Of a stretch of DNA of 20,256 nucleotides, positions 1 through 7,822 are shown one piece after another. How positions within the stretch are numbered: the stretch's first letter is position 1; every line of letters starts with the position of its first letter. Source of the stretch: a virus (lineage: Duplodnaviria > Heunggongvirae > Uroviricota > Caudoviricetes). Position numbers and translations under genes: made by a program. The stretch is taken from the IMG/VR virus record IMGVR_UViG_2671180606_000002; one strand, given 5' to 3'. The notes beneath the pieces are model-generated. The model did no database searches and had not been told where the DNA came from. It saw nothing but the letters and a program-made list of their open reading frames with translations.

Positions 1-543
1 ATGTACTCAATAAAAAAAGTAACCATGCTCTTGGGGTGCCTCGCCCTCACCTGCTCGATCGCATTTCAGGCGAGTGCAACTGAAAAATTCAAGGTCATTA
101 CAACATTTACCATCATCGCAGATATGGCCAAAAACGTGGCTGGAGATGCTGCAGAAGTCTCATCCATAACCAAGCCCGGTGCAGAAATTCATGAGTATCA
201 GCCTACCCCTGGCGATATTAAACGTGCGCAGGGGGCACAACTGATTCTCGCCAATGGTATGAATCTGGAATTGTGGTTCCAACGCTTTTACCAGCATCTT
301 AATGGGGTTCCAGAAGTAATTGTCTCTTCGGGTGTGACGCCAGTAGGGATCACTGAAGGCCCCTATGAGGGCAAACCTAACCCCCATGCCTGGATGTCGC
401 CAGATAATGCTCTGATTTACGTCGATAATATTCGTGATGCGTTGATAAAATACGATCCGGCAAATGCACAAACCTACCAACGTAATGCCGATACTTATAA
501 AGCCAAGATTGCCGTGTCTTATCTTCATCATCAACAACGATAA
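1..543 (+). pseudogene. sitA: 5-prime fragment of sitA (periplasmic Mn/Fe ABC transporter substrate-binding protein); SitA-like sequence ends near 510, then a 10-codon unrelated tail
   Basis: Translation shows signal peptide MYSIKKVTMLLGCLALTCSIAFQASA and SitA/TroA-type N-terminal block KFKVITTF..ADMAKNVAGD..ITKPGAEIHEYQPTPGDIKRAQGAQLILANG; only about 170 of an expected ~300 residues present before the frame enters prophage DNA and stops. Confidence 0.7.
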
Positions 544-635
544 AAATTTTCCCGGTATAGCCAGCACGACGCAACGTCCGGTAAGTCAGAACTTTGTCCG
601 GTCGCCCGTGAGTCAGAATAAAGGCGCAAAAATCA

Positions 636-1427
636 TCACGCATATTCCTCCTCCTCACCACCATGCATGATCTCCACCATGCGCTGCGTCATCCGGACAA
701 ATCCATTTTCAATAGCCTGCTGATAATCAATGATCACCAGCGCCGACTCCTCGAAAAAACACTGAATTTCAGAGGGGGCGTGAGCGTAATAGTCCGCAAT
801 TCTGCTGAAATTAAACACCGTGTGACGTTCTGCCGCACACAGGAGGAATTTCTCAATATCAGGCTCAAGGGACGCCGAACGTATCCGGCTGATCAGCTCC
901 TGAGTTTTCGTATCGTCGTACAGTTCACTGATATCCGGTTTACCGCCCGACGGCTCATAAACAGGCGTATCAATTTTCGTCGTATACGGCTCCTCCTCAT
1001 TTCCTGTACCGGGCAAAACATCCGTCAACAGTTCATCAATTTCTGTCGGGATGAAGCCTGTCAGGGAGACATCAAAATCAGCATTGATTAGGTCCGACAG
1101 CTCCATCCGCAACAGATCTTCATCCCAGCCAGCATTCATCGGCAGGCGATTATCTGCCAGGCGGTACGCCTTTTTCTGCTCATCCGTCAGGCCAGACAGA
1201 ACAATGACCGGAACAGAATCCATTTTGAGCATTTCAGCCGCCATAACACGACCGTGACCCGCAATAATTTCGCCCTTTTCGTCAATCAGCACCGGATTAG
1301 TCCAGCCGAATTGCTTAATACTTTCTACCAGTTGTGCCACCTGCTCAGTACTGTGCGTCCTGGCGTTGTGCGCATACGGTGACAATTCTTGTAATGGGCG
1401 ATAGACTATCTTTAATTTCTCGCTCAT
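636..1427 (-). CDS. ParB-like nuclease domain protein (full-length relative of Rac YnaK fragment)
   Basis: 263-aa ORF, ATG at 1427 with AAGG 7 nt upstream; N-terminal ParB/Srx-like block (ELSPYAHNARTHS..GWTNPVLID..IIAGHGR); sits directly downstream of trkG as ynaK does in Rac. Confidence 0.8.
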   Translation of the reverse strand: MSEKLKIVYRPLQELSPYAHNARTHSTEQVAQLVESIKQFGWTNPVLIDEKGEIIAGHGRVMAAEMLKMDSVPVIVLSGLTDEQKKAYRLADNRLPMNAGWDEDLLRMELSDLINADFDVSLTGFIPTEIDELLTDVLPGTGNEEEPYTTKIDTPVYEPSGGKPDISELYDDTKTQELISRIRSASLEPDIEKFLLCAAERHTVFNFSRIADYYAHAPSEIQCFFEESALVIIDYQQAIENGFVRMTQRMVEIMHGGEEEEYA

Positions 1428-1443
1428 ACAGCCTTGCTTTATG

Positions 1444-1478
1444 AATAAAACGCACCCCAGCAGCCAGTGCTACTGGGG
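1444..1478 (-). terminator. Rho-independent terminator candidate downstream of trkG
   Basis: Plus-strand CCCCAGCAG-CCAGTG-CTACTGGGG hairpin (1455..1478); on the minus strand it is followed by GCGTTTTATTCAT. Confidence 0.4.
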
Positions 1479-1564
1479 ACGGAGGTGTTGCTGGTAAAGT
1501 TAGGTATTGGATCAATGAGTGAGTCAACATAATATTAAACTCACAATTATAAATCAGCCATATA

Positions 1565-3022
1565 TTAGGAGCGCCAAAAAAAACCTGAAAACAATATAAT
1601 AACAGGATAAATTTCAAGGCGACCAAGAATCATAGCTATGCACATTAAGCATTTTGCAATGTCATTAAGCACTCCGAATGACGATGCAGTAGCCCCAAAA
1701 CCTAATCCCATATTATTAATACATGCAGCCACTGTTGCAAATGATGTAAGAAAATCATATCCCATACCATTTAACACCAGTATAAAAAACACCGTGAAGA
1801 GAGTATAAAGAAAAAAGAAACTCCATACAGACCTCATTACACGATCTGTAACTATCTTCCCTCCTACATTTACACTCAACAACGCTCTGGGATGAGAAAG
1901 CTGATTTATCTCGTGTTTGCTTTGTTTGAAAAGTATAAGAAATCGAAGTGACTTAATTCCACCACAAGTTGAACCTATACATCCCCCAAAGAAACTTGAC
2001 AACAGCAAAAACACTATCGTGTGCGTGGGCCAACTTGCATAATCCTGCGTAGCTAAACCATTATCAGTGAGCATGGAGCTGGCAAGAAAAAACGAATGAA
2101 TAAAACTTCCATGCAAGTCATACATACCTATATGCCAGACCTGGAAAGAGGTAACAATGATCACCCCTAAGGCTATTAACAGAAAGAAACGAAGTTCAAT
2201 ATCTCTGATTAAAGGTTTTATCGTTTTCCTGCTAATAACAATATACCAAAGAGTGAAGTTGAAAGCCGATAGCAGGGAAAAAGAACCAGCCACCAGCTCA
2301 ACCAAATAGTTATTAAAATATCCGATACTCTCGCTATGAGTTGAGAAACCACCAAGCGAAACTGTGGAAATCCCGTGACAAATAGCATCAAACAAAGGCA
2401 TTCCTGCAAGTCTATAACAGACAATACAAGCAATACCTAATAAAGAATAAGTTATCCACAGTGTCCGTGACGTATCGGCCAGGCGGGGAGTGAGTTTGTC
2501 ATCCTTAAATGGCCCCGGCATTTCTGACTGATAAAGCTTTGCACCACCAATACCCAATAATGGCAATACAGCAACCGCCAGAACAATAACTCCTAAACCA
2601 CCTATAAAATTTAACTGTGACCGATAGTACAAATATGCCCGAGGTAATGAACTAACATCATCAATTACAGTTGCTCCTGTTGTTGTTATTCCAGAAACCC
2701 CTTCAAACAGAGCATCAATGAACGTTAAATTAAGTTCTGAGTCAATCCATAAAGGGAATGCACTAATAACAGAAAACAAAATCCAAAACATTACAATTAT
2801 AATAAACCCATCACGGGTACGTAATTGAATGCCAGATTTCTTAGTTGTATACCACGCTCCGCCACCAATGCAAAAAAATATAACGAAAGTTATAAAGAAA
2901 ACAAACAGGCTTTTTTCTTTATAAAACAATGCTACAACCATTGGTGGCAACATTGAAAGACTATAGAGCCAAACCAGGAACCCACACATATGAGTAACAA
3001 CTCTTACATGAGATGTATTCAT
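1565..3022 (-). CDS. trkG: Trk-system potassium uptake protein TrkG (TrkH family)
   Basis: Multi-pass membrane protein with TrkH-type GxG pore motifs; translation from ATG at 3022 (MNTSHVRVVTHMCGFLVW...) gives 485 aa as for Rac TrkG; the six-frame ORF extends 6 codons further to a TTG at 3040; low GC relative to flanks. Confidence 0.9.
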   Translation of the reverse strand: MNTSHVRVVTHMCGFLVWLYSLSMLPPMVVALFYKEKSLFVFFITFVIFFCIGGGAWYTTKKSGIQLRTRDGFIIIVMFWILFSVISAFPLWIDSELNLTFIDALFEGVSGITTTGATVIDDVSSLPRAYLYYRSQLNFIGGLGVIVLAVAVLPLLGIGGAKLYQSEMPGPFKDDKLTPRLADTSRTLWITYSLLGIACIVCYRLAGMPLFDAICHGISTVSLGGFSTHSESIGYFNNYLVELVAGSFSLLSAFNFTLWYIVISRKTIKPLIRDIELRFFLLIALGVIIVTSFQVWHIGMYDLHGSFIHSFFLASSMLTDNGLATQDYASWPTHTIVFLLLSSFFGGCIGSTCGGIKSLRFLILFKQSKHEINQLSHPRALLSVNVGGKIVTDRVMRSVWSFFFLYTLFTVFFILVLNGMGYDFLTSFATVAACINNMGLGFGATASSFGVLNDIAKCLMCIAMILGRLEIYPVIILFSGFFWRS

Positions 3023-3159
3023 ATCTAAATATTCTTTCAATTATAACCACCTTGCTGCAATATTATGATTATACTGTATAAAATTTAACTCCTCTTAGAT
3101 CTTACTTCACTGTTCCTTATGAAACAATCATCAAAATGAATCATATTGTAGTTAAGATT

Positions 3160-3624
3160 TTACTTTAAACACTGCTCGGTTATGTATTGCTGAGCACCTT
3201 CAAGTTGGGCCTGCATCATTACCAGTCGTTCCCGGAGGGTGAAATAATCCCGTTCAGCGGTGTCTGCCAGTCGGGGGGAGGCTGCATTATCCACGCCGGA
3301 GGCGGTGGTGGCTTCACGCACTGACTGACAGACTGCTTTGATGTGCAACCGACGACGACCAGCGGCAACATCATCACGCAGAGCATCATTTTCAGCTTTC
3401 GCATCAGCTAACTCCTTCGTGTATTTTGCATCGAGCGCAGCAACATCACGCTGACGCATCTGCATCTCAGTAATTGCCGCGTTCGCCAGCTTCAGTTCTC
3501 TGGCATTTTTGTCGCGCTGTTCTTTGTAGGCGATGGCGTTATCACGGTAATGATTAACACCCCATGACAGGCAGACGACGATGCAGATAACCAGAGCGGA
3601 GATAATCGCGGTTACTCTGCTCAT
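3160..3624 (-). CDS. Spanin inner-membrane subunit Rz (i-spanin)
   Basis: 154-aa ORF nearly identical in pattern to lambda Rz ([36 protein letters not shown]); start overlaps endolysin stop (ATGA at 3621..3624). Confidence 0.9.
   Translation of the reverse strand: MSRVTAIISALVICIVVCLSWGVNHYRDNAIAYKEQRDKNARELKLANAAITEMQMRQRDVAALDAKYTKELADAKAENDALRDDVAAGRRRLHIKAVCQSVREATTASGVDNAASPRLADTAERDYFTLRERLVMMQAQLEGAQQYITEQCLK
3219..3404 (-). CDS. Spanin outer-membrane lipoprotein Rz1 (o-spanin), embedded in Rz in the +1 frame
   Basis: 61-aa ORF with lipobox LVVVGC and proline-rich body ([29 protein letters not shown]) as in lambda Rz1; ATG at 3404; nested wholly inside Rz. Confidence 0.85.
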   Translation of the reverse strand: MRKLKMMLCVMMLPLVVVGCTSKQSVSQCVKPPPPPAWIMQPPPDWQTPLNGIISPSGNDW

Positions 3625-4097
3625 ACCTCAATCTCTCTGACCGTTCCGCCAGCTTCTTTGAATTTTGCAATCAGACTGTCAGCCTTATGCTCGAACTGAC
3701 CATAACCAGCGCCCGGCAGTGAAGCCCATATATTGCTGCAACGGTCGATAGCCTGACGGATATCACCGCGATCAATCATCGGCAAAGCGCCACGCTCTTT
3801 AATCTGCTGCAGCGCTACAGCATCCTGACTTTCTGGAGAAAAATCTTTCAGGCCAAGTTGCTTGCGGTAGGCATCCCACCAGCGTGAAAGAAGCTGGTAA
3901 CGTCCAGCGGCTGTTGATTTGAGTTTCGGATTTAGCGTGACAAGTTTGCGGGGGTGATCGGAGTAATCAGTGAACAGTTCGCCACCGACAATAACATCAT
4001 AACCGTGATTTCTGGTTTTCTGCCGTCCGTTATCTGTTCCTTCTGACCATGCCACCATATCAAGGAAAGCTTTACGCTGGGAATTAAGTGTCTGCAT
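3621..4097 (-). CDS. Endolysin, lambda R-type lytic transglycosylase
   Basis: 158-aa ORF with strong resemblance to lambda R ([47 protein letters not shown]...); ATG at 4097, 4 nt after holin stop. Confidence 0.9.
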   Translation of the reverse strand: MQTLNSQRKAFLDMVAWSEGTDNGRQKTRNHGYDVIVGGELFTDYSDHPRKLVTLNPKLKSTAAGRYQLLSRWWDAYRKQLGLKDFSPESQDAVALQQIKERGALPMIDRGDIRQAIDRCSNIWASLPGAGYGQFEHKADSLIAKFKEAGGTVREIEV

Positions 4098-4100
4098 TAA

Positions 4101-4442
4101 TTACTCCTTATGGGCACCGAACTTGTTACCGATGACCCTCATTGCCGCACCACGAATAGCATCAACACCAATCAGCCCCACCCCACCACCAATGGCAACA
4201 GAAAGTGATTTAGGCCATCCGACATACTCAAGCGCGGATGCAAAGGTCAGCGTCAGAGCACCACAAAGCAGAATCTCAAGCGTTTTTCGTTTCCAGCCGC
4301 CGCCACCGCCAAAATAGGCAATGCGCAAACCAGCCATAATAATTGACATAACCACTGCACCCAGCGGCGTATCTCCACGCCACCAACTTTGTAAGAGTTC
4401 CAGTAAGTCAGGCCAGGAATGAGGGGCATTGTGCATTTTCAT
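4101..4442 (-). CDS. Class I holin with dual-start (M-K-M) motif
   Basis: Three hydrophobic segments; immediately upstream of endolysin; ATG codons at 4442 and 4436 encode MKM as in lambda S107/S105; GGAGGTGA Shine-Dalgarno upstream; six-frame ORF extends to a GTG at 4451. Confidence 0.8.
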   Translation of the reverse strand: MKMHNAPHSWPDLLELLQSWWRGDTPLGAVVMSIIMAGLRIAYFGGGGGWKRKTLEILLCGALTLTFASALEYVGWPKSLSVAIGGGVGLIGVDAIRGAAMRVIGNKFGAHKE

Positions 4443-4535
4443 AAGCCTCACCTCCGAGAGTTCGGATGGTGCTAAGTGTAAGATTCAGGCTCTCAGGCTT
4501 GCTAACAAGAAGTCGAGGATGTTTCCGGAGCCTAA

Positions 4536-4564
4536 CAACGAAAAAGCCCCGGGACATGCCGGGG
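4536..4564 (-). terminator. Rho-independent terminator between the moron gene and the holin gene
   Basis: GC hairpin CCCCGG-GACATG-CCGGGG (4547..4564); on the minus strand it is followed by CTTTTTCGTTGTT. Confidence 0.5.
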
Positions 4565-4659
4565 TCAGATGGAGTGCCAGATTAAGCTTCTGGCGGTATA
4601 TACTCGTGTTTGATATCGTTAAATCGCCAAAAGTAACAATTCAAACAAAGAGGATTTTT

Positions 4660-4821
4660 ATGTCTGAAAAAAACAAGCCACAAGATGAAAATAAACCTCA
4701 GCAACCCGTGGCACCAAAACCAACTCCAACACAAAGTACTACAGACTTTGCTACACGTCGTGTTTTTGTTGGAGATTCTGCCGACTCAGTCATTGAACAT
4801 ATAAAAAAACAGCCGAGATAA
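4660..4821 (+). CDS. Hypothetical small protein (53 aa, Pro/Gln-rich N-terminus), convergent with and overlapping the 3-prime end of the moron gene
   Basis: ATG at 4660 preceded by AAAGAGGA at good spacing; hydrophilic low-complexity product MSEKNKPQDENKPQQPVAPKPTPTQS...; no homology recognised, could be spurious. Confidence 0.3.
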   Translation: MSEKNKPQDENKPQQPVAPKPTPTQSTTDFATRRVFVGDSADSVIEHIKKQPR

Positions 4822-5359
4822 ACATCGCCGCTACCGGAGCAAGGATGGTATACATCCTTGCTTTATCGAGACTCGTGCGGATTTTCTCATTTTCCAACAG
4901 TAACTCTCTTGCTGTATCACTCAAGTCAACAAGGCGATACCTTCGTATAAGCGGCAATAACTTATCAGGTCCTAAATATCCTGCATCAGCGAATATTTTA
5001 AAGCTCGAGGGCTCCATATCCTTATATTTTTCATGATATAGATGATCAGGAGGGGCATTGATCAGGCCCCTAACCTTCACAGATAAACCAGTACATACCA
5101 AGTAAATGGCGCACCATGTCCATAGTAATGTAAATGTGGTAATTCCGGCGGTGAGAAAATCGAAATTAGTTTTCTGTGTCAGCAATAAAAAAGATGAACC
5201 AATTCCAACAATCTGAATGTTCAGAAGTTTGTATCCATTCTCAACATTGGTTTTGTTAGAAAGATGAATCTCTCGTATCGTCTCTTCCCCTTGTTTTTCA
5301 AGATAATCGACGAGCTCATCATCTACTCCTAAAAAATAATCTTTAGGTAGTTCTCTCAT
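4790..5359 (-). CDS. Membrane protein of unknown function in the Q-to-holin moron slot
   Basis: 189-aa ORF, ATG at 5359 with GGAGGTGA Shine-Dalgarno; at least two central transmembrane segments plus a hydrophobic C-terminus; low GC; bracketed by terminator hairpins at 5465..5497 and 4536..4564. Confidence 0.75.
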   Translation of the reverse strand: MRELPKDYFLGVDDELVDYLEKQGEETIREIHLSNKTNVENGYKLLNIQIVGIGSSFLLLTQKTNFDFLTAGITTFTLLWTWCAIYLVCTGLSVKVRGLINAPPDHLYHEKYKDMEPSSFKIFADAGYLGPDKLLPLIRRYRLVDLSDTARELLLENEKIRTSLDKARMYTILAPVAAMFISAVFLYVQ

Positions 5360-5380
5360 CTCACCTCCACATCCTGTACT

Positions 5381-5400
5381 GAAAACAATTTTACCAGAAT
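5381..5400 (-). promoter_or_regulatory. Candidate extended -10 promoter (TGGTAAAAT) for the moron gene
   Basis: Minus-strand TGGTAAAAT at 5396..5388, about 30 nt upstream of the ATG at 5359 and downstream of the tR-prime-like terminator; no good -35, so weak call. Confidence 0.3.
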
Positions 5401-5464
5401 GTCTCGATTCTAGGTATTCCGCCAGGAATCGCGCTCCAGAAATGAAACATCAGGTTCGCCAGTA

Positions 5465-5497
5465 CCAGAAACAACAAAACCCGCTCAATGGCGGGTT
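5465..5497 (-). terminator. Rho-independent terminator downstream of the Q-like gene (tR-prime-like position)
   Basis: Minus-strand ACCCGC-CATTGA-GCGGGT hairpin followed by TTTGTTGTTT; lies between the Q-like gene and the lysis region as lambda tR-prime does. Confidence 0.55.
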
Positions 5498-5580
5498 CTG
5501 GTAAAGTTCATGCGCTTGGTTCGCCTCGCGATACAGCTTTGCGAAGCATACCGGAATTGAAGCAGTTTATGCGTAAAAAA

Positions 5581-6123
5581 TCAAGCTATTTTTTGAGCAA
5601 ATGATTCTCGCATGGGAATATATAGGGCATACTCAGCAACAGCCAACCAATTAGCAATTCGCTTTTCGCATGTGCTAAAACACCACTCAGGATGTGCATC
5701 ATTTAGCAATTCAGCCATTTTGCGCTTAGTCATCCCCCGTCCTTCATACCGTTGCCGGAGGACACTAATCAATCCAGGATGCTCTGCCAGCACCTCACTT
5801 ATGACTCTATCAATACATAACGCCTCTGCATCAGTACAATGCGCCAGCCAGGTCTTTTGCTTGCCATTGATCATCTCTCGCAAAAACGCTTCCAGCTCAG
5901 GTTTCTCTATTCCCGCTTTTTTCATCCTGCGCAGGGCTTCATTGACGGCTGTTTTCGTCAATTTTTTGGATGCCAGCAACTGGTTAAACATATTTCCCGT
6001 CTTACCGCCGCCAATATACGACCAGCGCCCCCACATGCGCAGTTTTCCCTGAATCCAGACACTTTCCAGCGTGGTGAGACGAAGGTGTTCCCCGCTTTTG
6101 CCTGTATTTGTTGGGTAAATCAT
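5581..6123 (-). CDS. Putative late-gene antiterminator (Q-like), assigned mainly by position
   Basis: 180-aa product from ATG at 6123 (MIYPTNTGKSGEHL...), GAAAGGAAGG Shine-Dalgarno, start overlaps upstream stop (ATGA); Cys/His-containing C-terminus; last gene before the terminator and lysis cassette; family not confirmed. Confidence 0.55.
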   Translation of the reverse strand: MIYPTNTGKSGEHLRLTTLESVWIQGKLRMWGRWSYIGGGKTGNMFNQLLASKKLTKTAVNEALRRMKKAGIEKPELEAFLREMINGKQKTWLAHCTDAEALCIDRVISEVLAEHPGLISVLRQRYEGRGMTKRKMAELLNDAHPEWCFSTCEKRIANWLAVAEYALYIPMRESFAQKIA

Positions 6124-6410
6124 AAATAACCTTCCTTTCTCCAGATTTCTTGTGTGCGAAAAACACCTTCTGCATGCATCAGGCGTAATTCTTCTTTGGT
6201 GTAATCGCTGGTTTTTACCCGCCCGTCGATTAAATCGTGGCATGAGCTACAGGCAATCGCTGCCTGCATATCGTGTGGTTTTGTCGCTGTTCCGCACGTC
6301 CCCGCCAGCCTGTAATGCGCCAGCACAGAGGTTTCGGGATTGTGATTGCAGTAGCCAGGGATTCTGATCTGGCACATCTGGCCTTTAGCCGCTTTACGTA
6401 AATTCACCAT
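6120..6410 (-). CDS. YbcO-like phage protein (DUF1364, putative nuclease)
   Basis: 96-aa ORF with Cys-rich pattern LRKAAKGQMCQIRIPGYCNHNPETSVLAHYRL..GTATKPHD..ACSSCHD resembling DLP12 YbcO; translationally coupled on both sides. Confidence 0.8.
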   Translation of the reverse strand: MVNLRKAAKGQMCQIRIPGYCNHNPETSVLAHYRLAGTCGTATKPHDMQAAIACSSCHDLIDGRVKTSDYTKEELRLMHAEGVFRTQEIWRKEGYL

Positions 6411-7009
6411 TACGCAAACTCCAGTAGTTGTGCGGCCACATTTTCAACTTCCTCCTGAGAGGAGAATTTACGGAACAGAATCCAGTTCCACAGCACATTC
6501 AGAACAGATTTATAAACCTGCTGAAACTCGGTTTCGTCCATATTCGCAAACGCGATGGATTTCGCCCTGCGCCCACGGCTACCGTCCGGATAAATATGCT
6601 CGGTGTAAAATCCGGCCTGAATGGTTACCCACTCGCGGAAAGCCTCAAACGACTTTAGCAATGCCGTATCCCGAGTTCTGCGTGTCGCAACTGTATTTAG
6701 ATATTGCTCTGCGGCATCACTCAGGGCTGGTGTGTGTTCCCGACCAACTGATTCGCACAAGTAATCCACGAAACCAGACAGCAGTTCTCGTTCGCGAGGT
6801 GTGATCGCCCCACCGACCGGAGTCCAGTAATCGAATCCCAGTTGCAGGAGTTTGAAAAAACGCTTGTGGAATGCGTAGTTACGCACACGCTTAAAGTCTG
6901 CGTGTATCCACTCACCTATTTTGATTTGATGCAGAAAATCGCAACTCTCCGGCGTCGCCGGGAGAAGTAAACCAGAAGAGGTTTGTTTGACCAGTTGTAT
7001 ATGCGCCAT
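6410..7009 (-). CDS. Phage nin-region protein, DUF1367-like
   Basis: 199-aa ORF with ATG at 7009; one-nucleotide start/stop overlap with the YbcO-like gene; family assignment from memory of the conserved N-terminal LVKxxSGLLLPATPE block. Confidence 0.65.
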   Translation of the reverse strand: MAHIQLVKQTSSGLLLPATPESCDFLHQIKIGEWIHADFKRVRNYAFHKRFFKLLQLGFDYWTPVGGAITPRERELLSGFVDYLCESVGREHTPALSDAAEQYLNTVATRRTRDTALLKSFEAFREWVTIQAGFYTEHIYPDGSRGRRAKSIAFANMDETEFQQVYKSVLNVLWNWILFRKFSSQEEVENVAAQLLEFA

Positions 7010-7289
7010 TTCTCAATCTCTCGATGGCGCAGCGCAGCAGATGCCAGTTGTTCAGGCTGACGAATAAAGTATAAATAAACTGGCTATGGTGTAAAGCCCC
7101 ACATAGCATGAACAAACACTACATATCAAATAGCTGGTACAAGGATAGAAATACGACATTTATTATTAAAAACGATTAGATAAATTACATTTTAATGTTA
7201 TGCAAAAGTTCTTTTTTATCATAACATTTCAATAAAAGCATTACAGATGCAATCATCCCGTCATCATCAATTATTTAAGGTGGTTAAAC

Positions 7290-7376
7290 ATGGAAAATAA
7301 CAAGTTCGCACATCTCGCTCCTTTTTTATCCGTAATCCTTTTCGCTTGTTGTTTTATATGGGCATTATTTTTATAA
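7290..7376 (+). CDS. Candidate small hydrophobic peptide (28 aa) in the AT-rich spacer
   Basis: ATG at 7290 preceded by AAGGTGG; product MENNKFAHLAPFLSVILFACCFIWALFL has a charged N-terminus and one predicted transmembrane helix, the shape of small membrane proteins or type I toxins; no homology recognised. Confidence 0.3.
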   Translation: MENNKFAHLAPFLSVILFACCFIWALFL

Positions 7377-7450
7377 AGTAGCCACATGATAAGTTGCTGG
7401 AATCATATTTCCCACTCAAGTCATTAACATTTGATAAGATATATCTAAAA

Positions 7451-7509
7451 GGACACCTTTACATTATTTATGTGTATATAATTTATTTATATACACAGTA
7501 AAGGTATCC
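7451..7509. repeat. Long imperfect palindrome with a perfect 10-bp core inverted repeat (TGTGTATATA-N7-TATATACACA)
   Basis: Core arms at 7471..7480 and 7488..7497 are exact reverse complements; outer arms GGACACCTTTAC (7451..7462) and GTAAAGGTATCC (7498..7509) pair with one mismatch. Confidence 0.6.
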
Positions 7510-7776
7510 TGGGAAAATATTTATCGTTAAAAAATACATCATAAATAATTAAGCTGAAATTTCAGAACACAACTAATACACACAATAAGGTTCAGTAACA
7601 ATAATCTATGTGGACTACATCGAGATTTTTTGATTAAACTTTAATAACTTATTCCTAACACACAGAATGCATAAACTAAAAGTAAAACAAATAGTTATAC
7701 GAAAAACAACCATATTTATTATATCTTCTCCTCTAATCAACATATCAATTATGTGTTTCATAACAGCTTGACATAA

Positions 7777-7815
7777 CCCTCAAAAACACGCATTTATAAT
7801 GCATGTTTTTGAGGG
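7777..7815. promoter_or_regulatory. NsrR-box-like palindrome over the -10 and ribosome-binding region of the yeaR-like gene
   Basis: 17-bp inverted arms CCCTCAAAAACACGCAT / ATGCATGTTTTTGAGGG (one mismatch) around TTATA; core AACACGCATTT-A-TAATGCATGTT (7785..7807) matches my recalled 11-1-11 NsrR consensus with about 2 mismatches; TATAAT at 7795..7800; TTGACA at 7768..7773 is 21 bp upstream. Confidence 0.45.
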
Positions 7816-7822
7816 GGTGGTT

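Noticed and set aside
160-1257. Six-frame ORFs 160..567 (-), 377..664 (-), 464..670 (+), 663..1091 (+), 1051..1257 (+)
   Set aside because: All lie antisense to or out of frame within the well-supported sitA fragment or the ParB-like gene; no ribosome-binding sites and low-complexity translations.
1345-1626. ORF 1345..1626 (-) across the trkG-ParB intergenic region
   Set aside because: Overlaps the ParB-like start and the trkG terminator hairpin; translation has no recognisable features.
2218-2433. ORF 2218..2433 (-) inside trkG
   Set aside because: Alternative frame wholly inside the TrkG coding sequence.
4123-4317. ORF 4123..4317 (+) antisense in the holin gene
   Set aside because: Antisense shadow ORF within a confidently assigned holin.
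4845-6129. Plus-strand ORFs 4845..5036, 5612..6052 and 5839..6129
   Set aside because: Antisense to the moron and Q-like genes; no start context and implausible Ser/Arg-rich translations.
6152-7115. ORFs 6152..6367 (+), 6428..6658 (+), 6430..6804 (+), 6721..6915 (-), 6912..7115 (-)
   Set aside because: All overlap the YbcO-like and DUF1367-like genes in alternative frames or strands.
7768-7800. Canonical sigma-70 promoter TTGACA (7768..7773) plus TATAAT (7795..7800) for the yeaR-like gene
   Set aside because: Both hexamers are perfect, but the spacer is 21 bp, too long for a standard promoter; kept only as part of the regulatory palindrome with the true -35 unresolved.
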